This document shows positions 8,880 through 17,296 of a stretch of DNA of 64,000 bases, piece after piece. The notes below the pieces were generated by a model that saw only the letters and a list, made by a program, of their open reading frames with translations, was not told where the DNA came from and did not search any database. Positions within the stretch are counted from its first letter, which is position 1, and each line of letters starts with the position of its first letter. Position numbers and translations under genes: made by a program. Location: contig CAZKXB010000001.1 of assembly GCA_964556595.1 (NCBI GenBank), positions 48,214 to 112,213 on the forward strand. The letters are read 5' to 3'. This stretch comes from an uncultured Ruminococcus sp. (GTDB lineage: Bacteria; Bacillota; Clostridia; Oscillospirales; Ruminococcaceae).

Positions 8880-9989
8880 ATGAAAAAGATGTTTATTGTT
8901 CTTTCGGCGCTGCTTATTTCGCTGATGTGCGGATATACCGCGTTTGCCGAAACGGAGTTTGACTACGGCAAAGCCGCGCTTGAGCAAGCCGTTCCCCCCG
9001 AAGCCGCTGAAATCCTTGAAGAACAGGGTATCGACCCCGACAGCGGCGGCGCAGACTCGCTGTCGCTGGGAGGGGTGCTTTCATATATCTGGTCGCTTCT
9101 GGCGCAGCAGGCGGCAGCGCCGCTTAAGCTGCTTGTGTCGCTGTGCGGCACGGTGCTGCTGTGCGCAATCTCCGCAAGCATTTCGGACAATTCCCCCGAT
9201 AAGATGTCGGGGATATTTACAACCGTTGGCGTGCTTGCGGGCGCGGGAATGTCGATAGCCGCCATTTCCGAAATACTCAGCGGCACACTGGAGCTGCTAA
9301 GCGCCGCTTCGGTATTTATCACCGCCTTTATCCCCATATTCGCGGGAATAATATCCGTTATGGGTCACACCGCCACGGCTTCGGTGCTTAACACCGTAAC
9401 CCTTGCGGCAACCCAGCTTTTCTCGCAGCTTGCCGTTAATTTCCTCGCGCCGCTGTGCGGGGCGGTTATGGGACTTTCCATCACGGGCGCAATCCACCCG
9501 CAGCTTAACGTAGCGCGGCTTGGCGAGCTAATAAAAAAAATCGTCATGTGGACGCTTACCCTGCTTATGACGGTTTTTATGAGCATATTGTCATTGCAGA
9601 CCTTTACCGCAGCCTCCGCCGACAGCGTACTGATACGCACGGCGAAGTTCGCTGTATCCTCAGGCGTGCCGATAGTGGGCGGCACAATTTCGGACGCCGT
9701 AAGCACGGTATACGGAAGCCTTGGCATAATAAAAAGCAGCGTAGGCACCTACGGCATAATAGCGGCGGCGGTGATAATTCTGCCAACGCTTGTAAGGGTG
9801 GTGTGCTACCGCCTTGCCGTAACCGCCGCCGAAGCCGTAAGCGACCTTTTCGGCATAAAGGAGCTTACCGCGCTGCTTAAAAGCTGCGGCGCGGTGATGT
9901 CAATAATAATCGCCGTTATAGTGTGCTTTCTGCTGCTTAATACAATCGCGGCGGTGATAATGCTGTCGATAAGCGCGGGCACGGCATAA
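8880..9989 (+). CDS. spoIIIAE: Stage III sporulation protein AE
   Basis: Multi-TM; RTAKFAVSSGVPIVGGTISDA, IKSSVGTYG. Confidence 0.93.
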   Translation: MKKMFIVLSALLISLMCGYTAFAETEFDYGKAALEQAVPPEAAEILEEQGIDPDSGGADSLSLGGVLSYIWSLLAQQAAAPLKLLVSLCGTVLLCAISASISDNSPDKMSGIFTTVGVLAGAGMSIAAISEILSGTLELLSAASVFITAFIPIFAGIISVMGHTATASVLNTVTLAATQLFSQLAVNFLAPLCGAVMGLSITGAIHPQLNVARLGELIKKIVMWTLTLLMTVFMSILSLQTFTAASADSVLIRTAKFAVSSGVPIVGGTISDAVSTVYGSLGIIKSSVGTYGIIAAAVIILPTLVRVVCYRLAVTAAEAVSDLFGIKELTALLKSCGAVMSIIIAVIVCFLLLNTIAAVIMLSISAGTA

Positions 9990-10010
9990 CGGCGCAGGGG
10001 GAACATAAAA

Positions 10011-10484
10011 ATGAACTTTCTTCTTACCGTGTGCATGGCGGCGATAGCTTCTGCGCTGTTTAGGCTGCTTGTGCCTGAAAATAAATTTTCAAAGCAGATT
10101 TCGCTGCTTATCGTGTGCGTATTTCTGCTTACGGGAATAAACGCGCTTTGCGGCGCGCAGCTTGACCTTTCCGCAGATGTGCTTGATATCGGCGTTACCG
10201 AGGACTACATAGGTTTTTCGGGAGATGTAAACAAATCCCTGCAAAAAAAGATATGCGCCGATATGTCGGAAAAGCTTTACACGCTTATGAACGAAAACGA
10301 TATCTTCCCGCTGCAAATTCACATAGGCGTTAATATTTCGGGACTGTACAGCATATCTATTACACAGGTGAAGCTTGTTCTGCGCGAAAGCGACCAAGAC
10401 AAAGCGGACAGGGCGCTTTCGCTGCTTAAGGACGCACTTTCGGACAATATAGAAATAAAACTGGAATACAAACAGGAGGGATAA
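10011..10484 (+). CDS. spoIIIAF: Stage III sporulation protein AF
   Basis: LVPENKFSKQISLL; operon position. Confidence 0.8.
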   Translation: MNFLLTVCMAAIASALFRLLVPENKFSKQISLLIVCVFLLTGINALCGAQLDLSADVLDIGVTEDYIGFSGDVNKSLQKKICADMSEKLYTLMNENDIFPLQIHIGVNISGLYSISITQVKLVLRESDQDKADRALSLLKDALSDNIEIKLEYKQEG

Positions 10485-10488
10485 CAAA

Positions 10489-11010
10489 ATGCCGTTTAAG
10501 ATTGCGGGCGGGAAGCTTATATCCGACAAGCGCTTTGTAAAAGCGGCGGTGATAATCGGCGCTGCCGCGATACTGCTGATATTTATAAGCTCGCTTGCTC
10601 CCGCCGCCGACAGCGAAGCCGCCCCTGCCGCCGAAAACTCCGCCGAGCTTGAGCAGCAGCTTGAACAGCGGCTTGAAGCGCTGCTTTGCGAAATAGACGG
10701 CGTATCCTCGCCGCGCGTTATGCTTACACTGGAGCAGACCTCGCAGACGGTGTACGCGCGTGACAGCCACACCTCCGCTTCGCACGGCGCAGAGGGCGGC
10801 AGCAGCCAGACCAGCAGCGAAACGGAGGTCGTAATTATCGGCAGCGGCAGCGACAAAGCAGCCCTTACCGAAAGCACAATACTCCCAAAGGTGCGCGGCG
10901 TTGCCGTGATATGCGGCGGCGCAGAAAACGTACTGACAAAGGAAAAGGTGGTGAACACGGTAGCAAGCGTCCTTGACATCAGCACAGCAAGAGTCTATGT
11001 AACCTATTGA
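10489..11010 (+). CDS. spoIIIAG: Stage III sporulation protein AG
   Basis: LEQRLEALLCEIDGV..PRVMLTL, PKVRGVAVICGGA. Confidence 0.93.
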   Translation: MPFKIAGGKLISDKRFVKAAVIIGAAAILLIFISSLAPAADSEAAPAAENSAELEQQLEQRLEALLCEIDGVSSPRVMLTLEQTSQTVYARDSHTSASHGAEGGSSQTSSETEVVIIGSGSDKAALTESTILPKVRGVAVICGGAENVLTKEKVVNTVASVLDISTARVYVTY

Positions 11011-11026
11011 CAGAAAGGAATTTATC

Positions 11027-11569
11027 ATGAAACGTATCAATCTTATCATCGGCAAAAAGCAGCTTGTCATAGCGGGACTTACCGTGCTGCTGGGCGCGGC
11101 GGTGGCGGTTAATTTCGCCGTGGACGGCTCATCGGGACAAAAGCTCACCCAGCCCGCGGCTGAGGTTTCCTCCGCAAACTACGGCGAAGCGCAGCTTGTA
11201 TCCGATAATCTTTCGGACAGCGAGGCATACTTTGCGCAAGCGCGCCTTGACAAGCAGGCAAGCCGCGATGAAGCAGCAGAGGTTCTGCGCTCCATGTATC
11301 AGGGCGGCGACCTTACAACCGATGAACTTTCCGTTGTGGCGAGCGACGCCGTACAGCTAAGCACGCTTATCGAAAGCGAAAGCAAAATTGAAACGCTGCT
11401 TAAGGCACAGGGCTTTGAGGACGCGCTGTGCTATCTCAGCGACAACAACGCTAACATCATAGTAAAAACCGACGAACTTGACGCGGCGGGCGCGGCAAAA
11501 ATAAAAAACACCCTGCTGTCCGAGTATGAGGTAAGCAGCGACCACATCACGATAGTGGAGGTAAATTAA
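11027..11569 (+). CDS. spoIIIAH: Stage III sporulation protein AH
   Basis: YFAQARLDKQASRDE, IETLLKAQGFEDA; last gene of the operon. Confidence 0.92.
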   Translation: MKRINLIIGKKQLVIAGLTVLLGAAVAVNFAVDGSSGQKLTQPAAEVSSANYGEAQLVSDNLSDSEAYFAQARLDKQASRDEAAEVLRSMYQGGDLTTDELSVVASDAVQLSTLIESESKIETLLKAQGFEDALCYLSDNNANIIVKTDELDAAGAAKIKNTLLSEYEVSSDHITIVEVN

Positions 11570-11601
11570 CACGCTGACATAAAAAAATTTTGAAAAACCA
11601 C

Positions 11602-11630
11602 TTGACAAATTTCAAAAGCGGTGGTATACT
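11602..11630 (+). promoter_or_regulatory. Sigma-A promoter of the T-box/trpB transcript
   Basis: TTGACA-N17-TATACT. Confidence 0.8.
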
Positions 11631-11713
11631 GAGGAAAATTAAAGGCAATACCGTACAAAATCCAGAAGATGGTCTTTGTGCGGTGTTGCCCCAATATTCC
11701 TTAAACCGTTGAA

Positions 11714-11994
11714 GCGGAGATAACGGCAATGATGCCTTTACAGAGAGCCTGCGCTGCTGAGAGTCAGGTAAGAAACAAGTTGTCAAATGGACCGCCGAGG
11801 GCGCAGTCAAATGTGCTTTGCACAGAGTATTCTGCGACGTGTTGGCATACGTCAGTTGTCGGGGGTGTGTTTGCACTCTGCTAAGCGCGCATTAAAAATG
11901 CGAATCAAGGTGGCACCGCGGATAAAAAAGCTTTATTCGTCCTTGACAGAAACGTTGGATTTCTGTCGGGGGCGTTTTTGTTTTCCCCGCAGAA
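11714..11994 (+). ncRNA. T-box riboswitch with Trp (UGG) specifier
   Basis: Stem I GCGG/CCGC and GGCAAT/GTTGTC; AGAGAG and GCTGAGA motifs; specifier loop AAATGGA (UGG at 11788-11790); T-box AAGGTGGCACCGCG at 11907-11920 pairing with CGTCCTT; terminator ending GCGTTTTTGTTTT; upstream of trpB. Confidence 0.93.
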
Positions 11995-12013
11995 TAAGAT
12001 GGGAGGAAAATAA

Positions 12014-12052
12014 ATGAAGCTTATGACCAGACGATGGCGTCTCTCCGTATAA
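12014..12052 (+). CDS. 12-aa mini-ORF MKLMTRRWRLSV (putative leader peptide or truncated gene start)
   Basis: GGGAGG at 12001-12006, 7-nt spacing, ATG at 12014, TAA at 12050-12052. Confidence 0.4.
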   Translation: MKLMTRRWRLSV

Positions 12053-12107
12053 CTTAGGCAAAGCCAACCCTTGCCACGTTAAATGACGGGGCAAGCCCCT
12101 TATTGAA
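12049..12107. repeat. Internally deleted copy of the palindromic repeat at 52168-52308
   Basis: Same left end ATAACTTAGGCAA and right part AAGCCAACCCTTGCC[A/C]CGTTAAAT[G/A]ACGGGGCAAGCCCCTTATTGAA. Confidence 0.9.
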
Positions 12108-12158
12108 CTCAGGCAACACAACAAAAATCTACAACTTATTTTACGGAGGATAACTACC

Positions 12159-13376
12159 ATGAACTATAACGGAATTGATTTTGACACCTATTTCAAGAAT
12201 TACCCCGACAAGAACGGCTTTTTTGACAGATACGGCGGCTGCTATGTTCCAGATGAACTTAAAAAGGCTATGGAGGAAATAACCGAGGCTTACTACGCCA
12301 TCTGCAAATCCCGCAAATTTATTGACGAACTGCGCCGTATCCGCAAGGAATTTCAGGGTCGCCCAACGCCTATTTCCCACCTTGAGCGCCTTTCCGCAAG
12401 CCTTGGCAACGTGCAGCTTTACGCAAAGCGCGAGGATTTGAACCACACAGGCGCACACAAGCTTAACCACTGCATGGGCGAAGCGCTGCTGGCAAAATAT
12501 ATGGGCAAGAAAAAGGTTATCGCCGAAACCGGCGCAGGTCAGCACGGCGTTGCAATGGCAACCGCAGCGGCTTATTTCGGTCTGGAATGCGACATCTACA
12601 TGGGCGCGGTAGATATTAAAAAGCAAGCCCCCAATGTTGCAAGAATGAAAATACTCGGCGCAAATGTTGTTGAGGTTACGCACGGACTTCAGACGCTTAA
12701 GGAAGCGGTTGACGCGGCTTTTGAAGCATACAGCAAGGAATATCACAACGCAATTTACTGCATAGGCTCGGTGCTTGGCCCGCACCCGTTCCCCATGATG
12801 GTGAGGGATTTCCAGAGCGTTGTCGGCATAGAAGCGCGCGAGCAGTTTATCGAAATGACGGGCGAACTTCCCGACGCTGTGGTTGCCTGCGTTGGCGGCG
12901 GTTCAAATGCGGCGGGAATGTTTGCGGGCTTCCTCAATTACCCTGTGGATATCTACGGCGTTGAACCTCTGGGCAGGGGCGAAAAGCTTGGCGACCACGC
13001 CGCAAGCCTTAAATACGGCACAGAGGGCATAATGCACGGCTTCAACAGCATTATGCTTAAGGACGAAAACGGCGAGCCTGCGCCTGTATACTCGGTCGCA
13101 AGCGGTCTTGACTACCCCTCGTCAGGTCCCGAACACGCATTCCTGCGCGACCTCGGCAGGGTTAAGTATGATGTGATAAATGATGACGAAACAATTGACG
13201 CGTTCTTCAAGCTGTCCCGTATGGAGGGCATAATTCCCGCCATTGAAAGCGCCCACGCCGTTGCCTACGCAATGAAGCTTGCGCAGCAGATGAAGCATGG
13301 CTCAATCCTTATCAACCTGTCGGGCAGAGGCGACAAGGACATGGATTATGTTATCGAGCATTACGGCATAAGATAA
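12159..13376 (+). CDS. trpB: Tryptophan synthase beta chain (TrpB1-type), no adjacent trpA
   Basis: [12 protein letters not shown] (PLP lysine), [35 protein letters not shown]. Confidence 0.96.
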   Translation: MNYNGIDFDTYFKNYPDKNGFFDRYGGCYVPDELKKAMEEITEAYYAICKSRKFIDELRRIRKEFQGRPTPISHLERLSASLGNVQLYAKREDLNHTGAHKLNHCMGEALLAKYMGKKKVIAETGAGQHGVAMATAAAYFGLECDIYMGAVDIKKQAPNVARMKILGANVVEVTHGLQTLKEAVDAAFEAYSKEYHNAIYCIGSVLGPHPFPMMVRDFQSVVGIEAREQFIEMTGELPDAVVACVGGGSNAAGMFAGFLNYPVDIYGVEPLGRGEKLGDHAASLKYGTEGIMHGFNSIMLKDENGEPAPVYSVASGLDYPSSGPEHAFLRDLGRVKYDVINDDETIDAFFKLSRMEGIIPAIESAHAVAYAMKLAQQMKHGSILINLSGRGDKDMDYVIEHYGIR

Positions 13377-13447
13377 CCCGCAATCAAGGCGCGGCGCAAA
13401 ACAACCGCTTCGGGAATTTCGCGCTGCGCCTTAGATAAATACAATAA

Positions 13448-13487
13448 CGCCAAAGCTCCCTTCCTTTTACGGTCGGGAGCTTTGGCG
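13448..13487. terminator. Hairpin between convergent trpB and the CotH-family gene
   Basis: CGCCAAAGCTCCC-N14-GGGAGCTTTGGCG; a second hairpin at 13386-13432. Confidence 0.6.
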
Positions 13488-13492
13488 CTGTA

Positions 13493-15844
13493 TTACTGTT
13501 TTTTGTATGTTCCGTTGGGCTGAAGCACATAGCGCTCGCCCTCTGAAAGTGATGGAATATATACCGAGGAGAGCAGATTTCCGTCCGCGTCCCAAAGGCA
13601 CAGCGTTTCGCGGCGTTTAAGGCTGAAATTCGCCTGAAGCTGCATAAGCGCATCGGTGGTCTTGTTGTTTTTCATTACGATAAGCAGCTCCCCGCCCGCT
13701 TCAACAGTGTGCTGGGGAATAGCCCATTCCGTGGGGGAAAATTCATCGTCCGACATATACAGCCCGCTTGTCGAAACAGCCTCAGCATTGGGATTATAAA
13801 GCTTTATCCAGCCCGCGCCGCTGTCGGTGCAGATTTCGCTTATGCGCAGCAGCTGCCCGTTTACCTCGGTCTTTTCGGTGTAAAGCTTGATGTAGACCTT
13901 GCCGTCCTGCGCCATATCCGAGGTTATAAGCAGTTCGGGCGCTGTGTATTCCACATCATTCACAACCCATTTCACAAAACTGTAATCGTCATAAAGCTGC
14001 GCGCGGACGGTTACGGCGCACTCGGCAAAATACGTTCCGTAAACAACGCTGTCGCTTTTCTGCGTATTAAGGCAAATATCCGCGCCGCCCGCGCAGGAAA
14101 CCGACACATCATACATATCGTATGTATACCCAAGCCTTGCTACCATATCTCTGACAATAACGCCGCGGCGGTTTTTCGCGAAATCGCGTATCTGCTGACG
14201 GCTTTCGGCGAAATTCTGCTCGCGCGCCCATGTGGAGGTTATGCCGAGATTAAGGGCGTACATCTGTTCGGGGTCGCTTATCTCAATAAGGTCGTCAAGC
14301 ACCTCGTTTATATGCTCCTCCTCAAAGGCATACGCCATAAGGTCGCACATGGTATTTGCGAAAAGCTGACGCATATCCTCGCGCTGAAGCAGCGCGGAAA
14401 GCGCCTTGCTGCCGCCTCCTGGGTGAGCGCCGCTGAGCAAATCGCGCAGCGTTCTATCACTGAAGCCGTTGCCGTACAGTCCCCAGCCAAATTCCGCGTC
14501 AAAAAACAGAAAGCGCCATCTGCCGTCCATATGCTCGCTGGTAATTTCCTCACCCTCGGCGGGATAGTAACGGTATGCCTTGAAGTTGTTTTCGGGCCAG
14601 TCGCGGTTGGCAATAAACACCTGCATACAGTAATACTGCATGAGATTTTCGATATCCACAAGACCGCAAAGCTCCTCAAAAAGCTTATCGTCCGTCAAAT
14701 CCATATCGTAGTAGGCGCACATATCAAGGTAATCCCGAAGCGCGGGCGAAACCTCCTCGCCCTCCTCTGGTTCGGGAACCTCAACATTCTCAACAATCGC
14801 GTACTGCTCTTTGTTTCCGCCAAACTGCGTTTCAAGATAATCCTCGTTGTAATTTTCATGCAGCCACGAATAGCCGTAATACTCGCCGTTGAGGAACACC
14901 GCGCAGGGCGTTGTATTCTGCACGCACGGGAAGCCGTAGTCCTGCGCAAGCTGCTGCGAAAGCTCATCTCGAACCCCCGCAAACTCGCGGTCATTTGCGC
15001 CGTTTCTAAGCACAATGCGGTCAAACTCCTCAATCGGCTCGCCGTTTTCGTTCACCGCGTCATCAAAAAATGCGTACTTGAACTTGCCGTTTTCGGGGTC
15101 GTATTCCTTGCGGGCGATAAGCTTCAGCGATTTCTGGTCAACCACTCTGGAATAGCCGCCCACAATCCTCACACCCGCCGCCTGCGAAATAACGCAGTCG
15201 CCGTCGCTTTCAAAGACCTCTACATAAATATCGCGCTCCGACTCCCTGCCGCTCATGTAGTAGTTTCCAGGCGCGTTGTAGGGAATTTCCTCGCCCTTAT
15301 GCTCCGCTACATAATCGTCATAAATCTTTCCGGGAACGGCAATGCCGTACTCATAATCGTAAAGATTATACGGGTCGGTACTCAGAACAAAAATCAGCGT
15401 GTCCTCGCCGAAGCGCTGCTCCACCTCCGCGCCCGTAACATAGCTTCTGGTCTGTATGGCGCTCTGCACGCCGTCGGATACTGATATTGCCTTTATGGTA
15501 GTTGCGCGCACCTCAACGCCCGCGTTTATTTCCACGGGCTGAGTGTACAAATATTTTTCCTCTGCAAGCGGGTCTGAGCCGTCTGCGGTGAAATAAATCT
15601 CCGCGCCCTCGGGCGCTTTAAGCTCAACCGCGATATTCTCGGCATAAAATCCCGCCTTGTGGGAGAACGAAACCGCCTCGGCGGCAGCAGCGTTCTCCTG
15701 CGGGACAGAGGTGGTAAGCGTAAGCTCCCCGTCCTCGCCTATGGCAGCGGATACCTGCACCGCCTCGGGCGGAAACAGCTTGTAAAGCACGCCCGCAGCT
15801 ATTCCGATAAGCACAACGGCGGCTAAAATTACAACTCTTTTCAT
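13493..15844 (-). CDS. CotH-kinase-family protein with N-terminal anchor, Fn3/chitobiase-like domain and C-terminal lamin-tail-like domain
   Basis: FSHKAGFY...IYFTADGSDP; QKSLKLIAR, LRNGAND, VFLNGEYYG, DWPENN, WRFLFFDAEFG; ISEICT...WIKLYNP...GLYMSDD. Confidence 0.85.
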   Translation of the reverse strand: MKRVVILAAVVLIGIAAGVLYKLFPPEAVQVSAAIGEDGELTLTTSVPQENAAAAEAVSFSHKAGFYAENIAVELKAPEGAEIYFTADGSDPLAEEKYLYTQPVEINAGVEVRATTIKAISVSDGVQSAIQTRSYVTGAEVEQRFGEDTLIFVLSTDPYNLYDYEYGIAVPGKIYDDYVAEHKGEEIPYNAPGNYYMSGRESERDIYVEVFESDGDCVISQAAGVRIVGGYSRVVDQKSLKLIARKEYDPENGKFKYAFFDDAVNENGEPIEEFDRIVLRNGANDREFAGVRDELSQQLAQDYGFPCVQNTTPCAVFLNGEYYGYSWLHENYNEDYLETQFGGNKEQYAIVENVEVPEPEEGEEVSPALRDYLDMCAYYDMDLTDDKLFEELCGLVDIENLMQYYCMQVFIANRDWPENNFKAYRYYPAEGEEITSEHMDGRWRFLFFDAEFGWGLYGNGFSDRTLRDLLSGAHPGGGSKALSALLQREDMRQLFANTMCDLMAYAFEEEHINEVLDDLIEISDPEQMYALNLGITSTWAREQNFAESRQQIRDFAKNRRGVIVRDMVARLGYTYDMYDVSVSCAGGADICLNTQKSDSVVYGTYFAECAVTVRAQLYDDYSFVKWVVNDVEYTAPELLITSDMAQDGKVYIKLYTEKTEVNGQLLRISEICTDSGAGWIKLYNPNAEAVSTSGLYMSDDEFSPTEWAIPQHTVEAGGELLIVMKNNKTTDALMQLQANFSLKRRETLCLWDADGNLLSSVYIPSLSEGERYVLQPNGTYKKQ

Positions 15845-15855
15845 GGTAGCTCCTA

Positions 15856-16296
15856 TTATCGTTGATTTTCTGCGCTGTCAGCGATAAACGCCTGCTCCAT
15901 TGCGGCATAAAGCTGCGGCATTGCCTTCTTGAAATTAAGCGGGCGGAAGGTTTCGGCGTCCACAAAGCCGTGGCTGCTTGTACCCTCGCACAGAAGCTGC
16001 CCCTCTCCCTTGCGGGTAACGGTGTAATAAAACTCCACCCGCGCGGGGGTAAAGCGGCTTACCGCCGCCTTTACCACCAGTGTGTCATCATATTTCGCAG
16101 GAAGATGATATCGGCAGCTTATGCCCGTAACAGGCAGCATTACGCCGTTTTTCTCCATATCGGAATAACTCATTCCAACGCTTTTGATATAATCCGTGCG
16201 CGCAATTTCAAACCACACGGGATAAACCGCATGATGAACCACGCCCATGCAGTCCGTTTCGGCATAGCGAACGGTTATTTCGGAGTAAGAAGCCAT
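15856..16296 (-). CDS. Acyl-CoA thioesterase (YbgC/FadM hotdog family)
   Basis: VRYAETDCMGVVHHAVYPVWFEIART. Confidence 0.92.
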   Translation of the reverse strand: MASYSEITVRYAETDCMGVVHHAVYPVWFEIARTDYIKSVGMSYSDMEKNGVMLPVTGISCRYHLPAKYDDTLVVKAAVSRFTPARVEFYYTVTRKGEGQLLCEGTSSHGFVDAETFRPLNFKKAMPQLYAAMEQAFIADSAENQR

Positions 16297-16297
16297 C

Positions 16298-17065
16298 TTA
16301 AAGTTCCTCTCTGTGGGACTGAATCAGACGCGCCGCAAACGCCACCGCCTTATCGGGAACAAGACGACTTGCCGTTTTGCCAAGCATTATCATCGGCGAG
16401 GGGCATATTATCAGCCTGCCGCCGAACATCTCGCGAACCGCATATTCCGCAACATACTCGCTGCTTTGCGGCGGCAGCGCGAAGCTTACCCCCGCCCTGT
16501 CGGAAAACTCCGTGGAAACAGGGCCTGGGCACAGCACCGATACGCTTACCTTACTGCGGCGTGCGCGAAGTTCCTCATAAACCGCCTGCGTCATGCGCAG
16601 CACATACGCCTTTGAAGCGTAATAGGACGAGAACATAGGTCCTGGATAGAAGCCCGCGGAGCTTGAAGTATTCAGTATATATCCGCTGCCGCGCTTTACA
16701 AAATCCTTTAAGAAAAGCTTGAACAGAATATGAACCGCACGGATATTTACATCAAGCATACGCAGTTCCCTGTCAAGGTCAGTTTCGGTAAATTCCCCGA
16801 AAACACCGAAGCCCGCGTTATTAACAAAAATATCAATATTGTACTTCTGCACGCGGCGGTGGAGTTCTATGCACTCATTTTCGTTGGCAAGGTCGGCTGT
16901 GATTATCTTTACCATTACGCCGTACTCGTCTGTAATCTCGTCCTTAAGCTCCTGAAGTCTGTCCTTGCGGCGCGCTGTTATAATAAGATTTATTCCGTGC
17001 TTTGCAAGCGAGCGCGCAATATCTCTGCCAATGCCCGCACTTGCTCCTGTAACTAATGCTATCAT
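16298..17065 (-). CDS. Short-chain dehydrogenase/reductase
   Basis: TGASAGIG, NNAGFG, YYASK (YxxxK). Confidence 0.92.
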   Translation of the reverse strand: MIALVTGASAGIGRDIARSLAKHGINLIITARRKDRLQELKDEITDEYGVMVKIITADLANENECIELHRRVQKYNIDIFVNNAGFGVFGEFTETDLDRELRMLDVNIRAVHILFKLFLKDFVKRGSGYILNTSSSAGFYPGPMFSSYYASKAYVLRMTQAVYEELRARRSKVSVSVLCPGPVSTEFSDRAGVSFALPPQSSEYVAEYAVREMFGGRLIICPSPMIMLGKTASRLVPDKAVAFAARLIQSHREEL

Positions 17066-17086
17066 TGTTTAATCCTCTCAATTCTT

Positions 17087-17287
17087 TCAATTCTTCAATA
17101 CCTTTGTGGTGCTGCCGTCCGCTTCCTGTATATATACGCGGTCAAGCTGCCCCATAAGGCTTTTTCTGAAATCGGCGCGGTACTCATCGCGAAGCTTCTG
17201 CTGCTCGGCTTTCTCGCTTTCGGTAAGACCCTCGGTCTTTGACTTTCGGGCAAGCTGGTTTATTCTGTCAATCTTTGCTTTTTCCAT
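17087..17287 (-). CDS. DUF896/UPF0291 (YnzC-like) protein
   Basis: IDRINQLARKSKTEGLT..EKAEQQKLRDEY...FR. Confidence 0.92.
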   Translation of the reverse strand: MEKAKIDRINQLARKSKTEGLTESEKAEQQKLRDEYRADFRKSLMGQLDRVYIQEADGSTTKVLKN

Positions 17288-17296
17288 TATCTCTCC

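Noticed and set aside
13709-15484. Long antisense ORFs (591 aa here; also 28435-29763, 21547-22632, 54383-55429, 52738-53631 and others)
   Set aside because: They shadow well-supported genes on the opposite strand, lack RBS and family motifs, and are expected from codon bias in GC-rich coding DNA.
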